64,000 nucleotides of DNA, from assembly GCF_001447785.1 (NCBI RefSeq), contig NW_015162476.1, forward strand, positions 1,533,562 through 1,597,561, given 5' to 3'. The notes beneath the pieces were generated by a model that was given only the letters and a program-made list of their open reading frames with translations, made no database searches and was not told the origin of the DNA. Made by a program: the position numbers and the translations under genes. Position 1 is the first letter of the stretch; every line of letters starts with the position of its first letter. The DNA is from Gekko japonicus (lineage: Eukaryota). Of this stretch, positions 12,412 through 22,350 are shown in pieces.

Positions 12412-13459
12412 TGTGATGAACTGACCTCCAAAACCAGGATACTTAGTGCAGTAAATTCAGAGAGCTGGGAGATTAGGGGTTAATGCCGCACTTGATTGAC
12501 AGCCTGCTGCCTGTGTGCACCCCCTTCTCTCTGACTGGTCAGCGCCAGCTGAGTAGAGCTTTCAAAAGTATAGTCAGCCTTGTCAGAGGGAGTCAGTCGT
12601 GGTTTGGACTTTGGCTTGGCAGTTGCCAGTCAGGAGGAGTGTGTGCGTCAGTCTGAGGGAAACAGACAGTAACTTGAGAAGTGAAGGGACACAACTCCTT
12701 GCCCTTACTGTGTACCAACACAACTGAGGAAAAGTTCAAAAATCAGAACTGAAACTCTAAGTGTCAGCCCTAGCTGAATTCTGTTTATTCACAGTCTTCA
12801 GAACTGGAGTTTAGGTTTGACAGTAGGGCCTGGACAGTAGGCTGAAACAGCAAGTCTAGCCAAACAGAAAAGGATTATGACTCCTAGGAAGAGGAGGATA
12901 TTTCTTAGCCAGTTGTCCAGAGGGGTTTGTGTAAAAAGGGAAACGGTTTTAGACTCCTCAGGAGTGAAAAGGGGAAAATTATAATCCCACAAGGGATGTA
13001 TTCAAATACAGGAAGAAAGTACTAAACTACTGTTATTTATGTGTCTTATTTTTATGTAAGCTGCCCTGAGCTGGCCTTATGGCTGGGAGGGCGGGTTTAT
13101 AAATTTGCTAAATAAATAAATAACTTCCAAAAAACTAAAATAGTTCTATGAAACTTTGTTGAGACACACTGTTGCTGAAAGAAATCTCAAAGGCAAACAA
13201 ACCTCTCACAGTTAAGAACGGAGTCTCTAAGAATATAAGCTTCAATTATACACTGTTGCCTGTTCAAAATATTCTAATTTATATAATCAACAACAGTTAC
13301 CTCAACATCTTGTCCCCTGCCCTATTCCTGGTTCAATCGTGCCTGTTCAATAAAACCAACCTTTTTGTTTTAACTTTACTTCATGTCAAGCACCATTTCC
13401 AAAGGGTTTTATAGGAGGGCTCCTGGCCTGGGCAAAAGCCAAATAACTTCTCTATCACA
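12412..13459 (+). mobile_element. ~1 kb LTR (Gypsy/ERV1-like), probably solo; contains an L2-type tail fragment at ~13035-13122
   Basis: TGTGAT...ATCACA termini, GGGT on both flanks (12408-12411, 13460-13463), and AATAAA at ~13348 followed by a T-rich tract. Confidence 0.7.
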
Positions 13460-13954
13460 GGGTGGGACATGCAGAAAGTTATGATTCTACAATTTAAACA
13501 GGCTACTAAGAGACTGTTCAACCAGAGAGGGGATCACTGTTTTGGTGGGAAAATCTGTCTCAAAGAGAAGAAAAAGCAGGGGTCCGTCCCTCCCCCATGG
13601 TTCCTCCCACAATTCCCTGCTTGGTTTTTTTTTACTTCATGAAGAAAGGTCCTGGAACCTCCAAGTTCCAAGTCCTGGAACCTCCAAGTTCCAAATCATG
13701 GAACCTCCAAGTTCCAAGTTCAAGTAGGGGAGATTAGATAACACGTCATAAACATAGCTATAGAGATGTATATTTTCATGTCATGAGTTGGATCCTACCA
13801 GTTTTTCCACTGATGAAAAATGGATGAAGAGGTCCTCTGTAAATACCATGCTGGGGGATCATGGGACCTGCGTAGACAAAAGCCTTGTGAGATGGGGACT
13901 GTAGTAACAAAGGGAACTAAGGGAACCCAATTGTTGTTTTTCTTAATTTGCTAT

Positions 13955-14552
13955 GAGTCCGATCAGACGGCTCTTTGGATCCATGCAAGGCACGATTGCC
14001 TCGCGGATCTAAAGGTAATGTCCAGACACAAACATCTGGGAAATGTCCCTCTTCCATGGGCATCCCGTTTTGCTGCACTTTGGAGCCATACTTAAAATAT
14101 ACCACTTTAAATCTGGGGTTTTCAGTTACCTGTGGGACAACTGCGGACTTTCACCTGTCTGTTCCACCAGCGCGCAATCCTCCTGTCGAGGTGGTCTGAC
14201 GTCAGACCATCCTGAGCTGGCACCATTTTAAAAAATCTCTGTGCAGATCAACAAAGATGCGTTGTCATGTCTATGCGTATGCGCAAAAAGTTTTCTTTTA
14301 AAAACTCACCGCATGCCTCCATCAACAAGGATATGCTGTGATGCCTATGTGCATGCACAATTTTTTTAAAAAAACAACCCTACCGTGCACGCCTCCTTCA
14401 ATGGGCGCCATCTAGACAATCCACAATGGAGACAGTGCGTGGTAAGGTGATTCACCAGGGGGATTTCTGGTCGTGCTACGATGGATTAAAAAGATCGGGA
14501 TCAAATTCAGGCTGGCATAATGGCGGGATTAGCTGCTCGTCTGAATGCACCC
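13955..14552. mobile_element. PIF/Harbinger-like MITE
   Basis: Imperfect TIRs gagtccgatcagacg ... cgtctgaatgcaccc, with 3-bp TAT on both sides. Confidence 0.7.
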
Positions 14553-14959
14553 TATATTTAGTTAGTTGCTATGTTGCCTTTCACAGTTTCTTTTTTAAAG
14601 TTTGTTTTCAAATGTATCATAACCCACATGCAGCCTTCAAGCTATAGTGACAAAGGAATAGAAATAAATAGATTATAGTTCAACAAAAGTCCAAAGAAGT
14701 AAGACAGTGGTTTTCAACAGGGATACGCATACATTTTTGTTATTAATCTTTCTATTGTTATTAGTCTTTCTTTCAAAGTTGATTTGGTTGCATTAAATAA
14801 GACATTTAAGTTATTCAATTTGGTTTTAATTTTCATGGGAAACCACATTTCTAGCACTAATCCCTCCTCCACTCCAGCTGGGATGAACATCTCAGAATCC
14901 TTCCCCAAACCAAGGGCAGTGACCTTGCCCTATTTTAGGCAGAAAGGAGAAAAAGTCCC

Positions 14960-15850
14960 AGTTGGAAATCTTACTGGAATTGTGAGCACAGAAAGGCATT
15001 TTGCTAGTCAAGAAAGCAGCCGTGGATGCAAATAATTTACAATAGTAAGATGGGAGAATCTTTATTTGTCTTGGTTCAGGGACAGCTATCCACTCAGCAT
15101 CTTCCACAGGGAAGACTGATGGAAAGACTACACTGAGTGCATTCTACCTATCCTCTTTCATCAATCCTATTACACATTTGTTATCAGTGTCCAACAGGTT
15201 GCCTTGCTAGTTTTCTGTTTCTTATGGCTGCTCAGCATGAACTGGGGTTTCTCTGAATCCTTGTGTCTTGAAGTGGCCTAATGAGCACTTAAATGTATCC
15301 CGAAGCCCTTAAAAGAGTTAATTGAACCTAAATGTTTGGTTTACAATCTGAATCTGTGTCAAAAGCCGTCCACCTGGCTGGTCCAGCAGAGCCCACAGTG
15401 ATGTATGCAGACAGGTAATATTCAAGATAAGAAAGAATTGAACTTGTACCCTAATCGAAGACTATCTTCACCACATACCTGAATGCTCTTTGTCCTGTAA
15501 CTGGCAGCTCTCCATTCCAGTCTCCAGCATGCCATCTGCACAGGATGAATATTTTCCCAATACCAGTCCCTGCTCTGCCCCGTCAATTCTGTTTGTGTGT
15601 CTGTCTTCCATCTGAAGGTATTAGCATGGATTGGCAGTGTGTAGATTCCATTTGATTTTTGACTCTTTTAATGCTCTGAGATCACTGATGACTGCTAGAA
15701 CACGTCGCTTGCTTTCCCAAACTTTGTTTATTTCCCTTAAGATCTCTCCATCTGTTGTATTCATCTGTTCAACAAATTTTTCCATGTTTTACAGTTTTAA
15801 ATCTGGCAAGCATTATATTATCCCTCTGTCTTTCCAGTCTTAATTTGGTG
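14960..15850 (-). pseudogene. Possible heavily degraded NACHT-domain (NLR-like) relic
   Basis: Frameshifted motifs in NACHT order and spacing: GTGIGK (~15553-15570), ML-DW-NGEL, FRYVV, FKGFG (Walker B-like, ~15300), MLSS-IRNRKL-SKAT..LIT (~15182-15238) and LSVLTIPV (~14972-14995). Confidence 0.35.
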
Positions 15851-16002
15851 ACTAGAGTTCAGATGGCATTTAGTACAATAAAAAAGTTGAGATCCACAAA
15901 TTTCACCAAAACATGATCTCCTTTCTTGAAATGTATTAGTGCACCATGCTACTCAAATGCATTAGTGTTCCTTAGCTTCCATTTCTAAAACTAACTCAGC
16001 AC

Positions 16003-16233
16003 TATTTATTTACTTACTTCATTTATACCTTTGCTTTCTCCTCAATGGGGACCCAAAATAGTTTACATCATTCTCCTCTCCTCCATTTTATCTTCACAAG
16101 AACCCAGTGAGGCAAGTTAGGTGAAGTGCATGCCTGGCCCATGGTCACCCAACAAGCTTCAATGGCAGAGTGGGGATCTGAACCTGGGTCTATCAGACCT
16201 TAGTGTGACACTCTAATGACTATATCACACTAG
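16003..16233 (-). mobile_element. Squam3-type SINE (older copy)
   Basis: Reverse complement has a tRNA-like head, the gtgaccatgggccagg core and a tggggacccaaa/ataaat tail. Confidence 0.7.
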
Positions 16234-16440
16234 AGCTGCAGTCACACTGGAGGCTTGCACCTCTGTTGTGGTGGTTTAAATAGTTGTGGGAATTTCTGAG
16301 GCTTCACTGCAGGCTTGCCTCATGGTCCATTGTTCAGATTGTTGTAGCATTCTTCTTTTTTTGTCTTTCACCTATGCACATATACGTATATCTGAAGTTT
16401 TGCCTATGCACATATACGTATATCTGAAGTTCTGGTTCCT

Positions 16441-16742
16441 GCAGTTTGGTGTAGTGGTTAAGAGCGTGGACTCTAATCTGGGAGAACCAAGTTTGATTCC
16501 TTTCTCCTCCACGTGCAACTGCTGGTGTGACGTTGGGTCAGTTACAAGTTCTTTCAGAGCTGTTCTCTCACGAGCAGTTCTTGAAAGAGCTCTCTCAGCC
16601 CTACCAACCTCACCGCCTCATAGGATGTTTGTTATGGGGAGCAGAAGGTAAAGGAGATTGTAAGCCACTCTGAGATTCCTTCCGGTAGTGAAGGGTGGGG
16701 TATAAATCCAATCTCCTCCTCCCCCCCCCCTTTTTCTTCTTC
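16441..16742 (+). mobile_element. Squam3-type SINE
   Basis: gcagtttggtgtagtggttaagagcgtggactctaatctgggagaaccaagtttgattcc (A/B boxes) ... gtaagccactctgag...gggtataaat. Confidence 0.8.
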
Positions 16743-17867
16743 TCAGCTTCACAATCACTCGATCAAGTACTCCAGCTCCTCACAGTCTCCTTCCCTTCAA
16801 CTCTCTTCCATGGAATCCGGGGGGAGGGGGGGAGTGCAGATTTACATGAGAGTAGTCCCATTGACCAGTGCATTTACCCCTGTGTCAATCATGGGATGCT
16901 CTCAAACTGATGCAGAAACAAGAGAGAAGGTTTTTTTGGGGGGGGCATTGTCGCTCGAAAACAACTCCCCCGGAGACTCCCAATCCAGAATGACTACTTG
17001 GCGGAGGTCATTGACAGTGCCAGGTGTGATTATGTGCTTAGCGAACATCACTACCTGATTCCTCCCCCCCCAAAAAAAAATGGAAGGGAAGGTTCAGACT
17101 GCCCAAATGGCTTGACTTTGCAAGAGGGGAGTCCAAATAGCCAGAAACGCGGAGTGAAAGCGCTGGCATCCCTGAATACCGGACTTTCCCCAGTGCCTGA
17201 TTACTCCACTTCCAAAGCAAGGCAAAGCGGGATGCTGACGACTGGGGCACAGAAGGCAGATGTCATTGTCTGATTGTGCTCTTTAAATCTGCAAAGGTAA
17301 CACAACTAGATCGGCATGAACTGCTCGTGTGACCACAGCCTATCTCTATATAAACCACAATCCAACCAAGGTTAAGCTTAACTCTTCCACTGAAATCAGT
17401 GAGACATGAAAATAATTTTGGTTGGCCATGCCTTCTGGTAAGGTTTGAGTGGCCTGAAAAGCAGGATAAAAACTTTTTTTAAAAAACCAATAAACTGTAT
17501 TAGATTGACAAATGCAGGGAACAGATGCCATTAAAAACAGTATCCAAGATTTAAAACATGTTTAATTATTTTAATTTTTTAAATATAAATGCATGCCACC
17601 ATTCTCTAATTCAGGGGTCCCTATGTGGTTCCCATGGTACCTTTCTTGGTACCTGTCGAGTCTTTAAGAAGATGGGTAGGGCCAGCTGGGGCTTTTTCCT
17701 AGCAGGGTTTCTGAAAGGAAATGAATCATCAAATTACAACTGTGTCTTGACTGCACAAAACTCCCTTCCTCTCCCTCCCTCACACATGTGTGTATGTAAA
17801 TGCTATGTAATCAAAAGCATATAAAAATAATCAAAACCTGAAGTGCTACGAAACTCATCCTGAAGTA

Positions 17868-18117
17868 AAGAAGAAGACCTGGGTTTTTTATATGTCACTT
17901 TTCTCTACTATAAGGAGTCTCAAAGTGGCTTACAATTGCCTTCCTTTCCTCTCGCCACAACAGACACTTTGTGAGGTAGGTGGGGCTGAGAGAGTTCTGA
18001 GAGAACTGTGACTGGCCCAAAGTTACCCAGCAGGCTTCATGTGGAGGACTAGGGAATCAAACCCGGTTCCCCAGATTAGAATCTGCCACTCTTAACCACT
18101 ACACCATGCTGGCTCTC
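17868..18117 (-). mobile_element. Squam3-type SINE
   Basis: Reverse complement of the same family as 16441. Confidence 0.8.
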
Positions 18118-18157
18118 CAGAACCTCACATTTATTTTTATAATCAATAGCTAACTTT

Positions 18158-18523
18158 GGCCCCTGCCACACGAGGGAAGAAGGGACGGCCAAAGTGCGGC
18201 TTTTAAAAAGCCGCACCTAAATAGGCACGCGGCGGCGGGATCATACAGATCCCCTGAGCCGCTGTGCATTTGCTCCCCGGCACGATCAGATGCCAGGGAG
18301 ACGGGGAGAAAGGCACAGGAATCTGCTGAACTGCGCATGTCGGAGCATGCGCAGTTCGGCAAGGAGCTGGGGATGCGCCGGCAAAAGAACGCACCGGCGA
18401 TCCCATGGCCAGCGTTGCTGCGGCCGTTCAAAAAGAACCACCTTGGTAGGTGGGATCGCGCCCGTTTGCTCCACCCCCGTTCAGTGCCTCTCCCGGCCCT
18501 AATCCTCTCGTGTGGACAGGGCC
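18158..18523. mobile_element. CpG-rich PIF/Harbinger-like MITE
   Basis: TIRs ggcccctgccacacgaggg ... cctctcgtgtggacagggcc, with an internal palindrome gaactgcgcatg.....catgcgcagttc. Confidence 0.75.
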
Positions 18524-19081
18524 GTTGTTAGCTTTCCTCCAATCTTAGCTGCTCTGTCATCAGGCTTTACTTAACTAAACATGATTGCAATTATTAGCAG
18601 AAATAGTGTCATATTAAGGTTTCCAGGTCCCCTCATTGCTTGGGGGGGATTGGGGGGGGCATTCCGGGGTTGGTGTGAATGCCCCAAACCCCACCCCCAA
18701 GAGTGACCACCCGTGCAGCCACCCATTTCCCTCCCCTCCTGCCTGATTTAAAGGGCTTCAGCTGATCAGCGGGGACCACATGGCCCACCAACCAACCCTT
18801 TAAATCTTGCAGGCAGGAGGGAGAAGGGCAGTTGTGGGTAAACTAAATGTAAGTAGTAGATCCAGTTCACATTAAAGTTGCAGTCAAAAGAAGAGAAAGA
18901 AGCCTAATCTAAAGAGCACTTTCCCTATCACAAATGGCCAGCTTGTCCAGCATCATGTTTAGTGAGAACCGTGTATCTACAGGAGAGACCTGCTGTAAGT
19001 GTGTGAGAGAGGAGAGGTCAGAGGGCAGTTCCCAGGTAAAGAAGCAGAAGACAAATTTTTGTGTCTGGAATATACACTTAC

Positions 19082-19670
19082 GGGGAGCGGTGGCACAGAG
19101 GATTTATCCTCTAGTTATAGTAACATCTGAGCTGAACAGTACCGCTGTCAGTTCTAGCCCCATGCTGGTGTGAGCTACCAGCCTTGCCCCCAGCTCGCCA
19201 TCCACCCAGTGGTTCGAAAGCTTCGGCGAGTAGATAAATGGGTACCACTCCTTAGAGAGGGTGGGCACACCAAAAAAAACCCCGGTAGGGGAGGTGTTAG
19301 CCGTCGAACAGAATGCTCAGCTTGCAAGATCGAAAGCCTAAGAAAAATCTCTTCAACTCCGAGAAGCCTGTAATGGGCCATTCCGGCCAGGTGGTGGCAG
19401 TGCGGCGCTGCAACTCGAAGACCTGGAGAAGCTGACGTCATCTAGCCAAGCCAAAGTGAATATGCCACCGGAACACGTCTGACCCTGCAGCTGAACAAAT
19501 CCCCGCCGGTTGCGAACGTGTGTGATTTAAAAGATATATGTTGTCCTCCCTTACCCCCATAAATCATTGTTAGTCCCGCGTGAATGAGTAACTGTAAATC
19601 GCTCAGAGCTAGCAAGCTCTGCAGGATTAAGCGATTAATAAAACTGAAAGATGATTATTATTATTATTAT
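19082..19670 (+). mobile_element. Chimeric SINE: tRNA-like head + Sauria-like central domain + unrecognised ~330-bp body + L2-type 3' stem-loop + (ATT)n tail
   Basis: GGGGAGCGGTGGCACAGAGG (A box) and gtgagct...ccccagctc...gttcgaaa...gagtagataaatgggtacc align with the Sauria copies. The tail is gtaaatcgct...agcgattaataaa followed by (att)n. Confidence 0.75.
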
Positions 19671-20048
19671 TTTAAAGTGAGCTCTGACTCACAAAAGTTT
19701 ATGCTGGAATAAATGGTACCACTGGACTCCTGTGTTATTTTGCTACTGAAGACTAACCTGGCCACCCATCTGGAATTTTCATCATGGATTCCAATGCCAG
19801 AAAGGTCCTATCTACCAGGGACTGATTGGTGTTTTAACAGGAAAGTTTTCAGGGAGCTGCTGCCCTAGAGGGCCACTGGCAGCCAAGAACAAGTTGGCAT
19901 CCATCAAAAGGCATTAAAAAAAAGTCCTAAGAAATAATTTTTAAAAGGAGAGGAGTATAATTTTTTGAGGGTGGGGGAAAATGCATTTTTACAATTGTTT
20001 GGACAAGATATTAATAACAAGATTTGTTATTGTTTGGACAAGATTTGA

Positions 20049-20478
20049 CAGAGGTGTCAAACATGCGGCCCGGGGGCTGGATCAGGCCCCCAAAGGGCTT
20101 CCATCAGGCCCACAGTGGAACTGGCTGTCTTCTTCTTCTTGTTCCAGTTCTGCTGCTGCTGCATCATTGTAGGTTTACAGCTTACAGGTACGCACCTGAA
20201 TAGCATACTCAAGATTGCAACAGCACAGACATTTTGATGTAATAATTCAGAACAAGAGGTGTCAGTTATCACACTGTTAAATAAACAAAATATTGCAAGA
20301 GTGCTAATGTTTTAAGTATGTTTTTATTTTAAGTTAAAAAACCCTTTGTGTTTGTGTCCTTTATAAAGTTTATATCTCCACTACCTGGCATTACATTTTA
20401 TGACACACATGGCCCGGCCCAACAAGGTCTCATTTATGTCAGATCCGACCCTCATAACAAATGAGTTCGACAGCCTTG
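20049..20478. mobile_element. hAT-Charlie-like MITE
   Basis: TIRs CAGAGGTGTCAAAC ... GTTCGACAGCCTTG with subterminal ggccc motifs. Confidence 0.75.
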
Positions 20479-20524
20479 GTATAGTACATAGGAAATCTAG
20501 TCTGTCCAAGTCTCCAATTACTCA

Positions 20525-20705
20525 GAAGTCCACTGGCTCCTTAAAGACTAGCAACATTTATTCCAGTATAAGCTTTCATGAGTCAGAGGTCATTTCACCA
20601 GATGCATGAAGTGAGCTCTAGTTCACATGCTGTAATACAATTTGTTAGATTTGAAGGTGCCACTGGATGGCTGTTTGATTTGCTGTCACAGACTAACACA
20701 ACTAA
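20525..20705. mobile_element. Head-to-head Penelope-like ends (degenerate palindrome)
   Basis: ccttaaagactagcaa...aagctttcatgagtcagaggtcatttc | gaagtgagctctagttcac...ttgttag.tttgaaggtgcc. Confidence 0.7.
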
Positions 20706-21557
20706 TGGCTCTAGAATGATGGCCAAGTTTATATATATTCCACAATCGCAATCAGAAATCAATGTTAGTTGGAGAGGCCTACATTCCGAAAATCTCAATT
20801 TTCTGTTTTTGAAAGAAAGTTTGCAGCCTTTATATAGCTATGAGTGTGAAGATAAGACTTAAAAGTACTATGTGTGACGCTAATGGAAGCAGGGGAGAGA
20901 GAGGCCAAGCAAGACTTCTAAGTGGTCAGGATGTGGGCCTTCAATTCCCACATAGCTTCCTGCCTCTCTTTGTAGGTAGCAGATGTAGAATAAATTATGT
21001 AAAATAAGCCAATTGATTCCAAAGAACTTAATTTGCAGAATCCAACAATTCTTTGTCGCAGAATTTGAGTTGGTTCATGTATAGTTTTTTCCCCTAGCGA
21101 AGCATATGAACGTTACTTATTATAATTGTTAAGCACCTGCACCTTACAGGTACACACAGACTATAATTCTAAAGCAGGGATCCCCAACCTTTTTGAGCCT
21201 TCAGGCACCTTTGGAGTTCTGACACAGCATGGTGGGTACAGCCACAAAATGGCTGCTGTAGGAGGCAGAGCCAGCCACAATATAGCTTCCACATGATCAA
21301 GAGATCAATCCACAGGAACTTAGCAGCACCTGTTTACATAAAATGTAAAAGTAATATACAGAGATTAAAATTCATAGCCTTATTGTGCTGTAATTAATTA
21401 TACATAAAAGTTATTTAAACATTTGGCATATCTGCTTTGACCACTTTAGAGATGGTCTAATTGGAGAGGTCTGCAAGGAGGAGATATGTGTAGAATTTCT
21501 CAGATCTTCCTGGGAACTTGGATAGAGTAGGGGTGAGATATGTGGAATGGATGTCCT

Positions 21558-21964
21558 TATAAAATGGACAGTATAACCCGTGGGCACTCAATGAAATTGC
21601 TGAGCAGTCGGGTTAGAACAGATAAAAGGAAGTACTTCTTCACCCGAAGAGTGATTAACACATGGAATTCACTGCCATAGGAGGTGGTGGCGGCTACAAG
21701 CATGGATGGCTTCGAGAGGGAATTAGATAAACATATGGAGCAGAGGTCCATCAGTGGCTATTAGCCACAAGGTATACATAGGAATTCTCACTCTGGGGCA
21801 AGTGATGCTCTGTATTCTTGGTGCCTGGGATGGGGGAACATTTAGAGGGCTCCTAGTGTCCTGGCCCCATTGCTGGACCTCCTGATGGCACCTGGTATTT
21901 TTGGCAGTGTTGGACTGGATGGGCCATTGGCCTGATCCAACACTGGCTTCTCTTATGTTCTTAT
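21558..21964 (+). mobile_element. CR1 LINE 3' end; further copies at ~25380-25570, ~25966-26566 (+), ~44931-44980 and ~56963-57130 (-)
   Basis: TRGHSMKL...RKYFFTRRVINTWNSLP ORF2 C-terminus and a 3' UTR ending ggcctgatccaac...tcttatgttcttat. Confidence 0.9.
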
Positions 21965-22147
21965 ATTCCTTAACACATGTTGCACTGTTTCAGCTGTTTA
22001 CCTTCAGCCATATAGTGAAGATACTTATGCTATGGTAGCAGCTGCTGCCAAAGCAACATTATTAAAAATCTGCACAGCTAATCAAACCTCCAATGGCCAA
22101 TCAGAAGACTTGTGGGGGGAAAGCCCCACCTGTCCCCACCTACTGTC

Positions 22148-22350
22148 AGGGAGGGGCTGTGGCTCAGTGACAGAGCATCTGCTTGATGTGCAGAAGGTCC
22201 CAGGTTCAATCTCCAGCATCTCCAATTACAAAGATAAGGTAGTGGGTGATGTGAAAGATCTCTGCTTGAGACCATGGAGAGCCACTGCTAGTATTGACCT
22301 TGAAGGACCAAGGGTTTGATTCAATATAAGGCAGCTTCATGTGTGTTCAT
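22148..22350 (+). mobile_element. tRNA-derived SINE with a CR1-like tail; another copy at ~44712-44920 (-)
   Basis: ggggctgtggctcagtgacagagca (A box), ggttcaatctcc (B box), and a tail ggacca...tgattca.tataaggcagcttcatgtg. Confidence 0.75.

Noticed and set aside
19370-19480. HDV-like ribozyme in the body of the chimeric SINE
   Set aside because: Hairpins are present, but I could not assign the nested P1/P1.1/P2/P3/P4 topology by eye. An RNArobo or Infernal search would be needed.
22148-22225. tRNA genes at SINE heads (also 16441, 37707, 57190)
   Set aside because: A/B boxes are present but there is no complete cloverleaf or terminator. Each continues into a SINE body.
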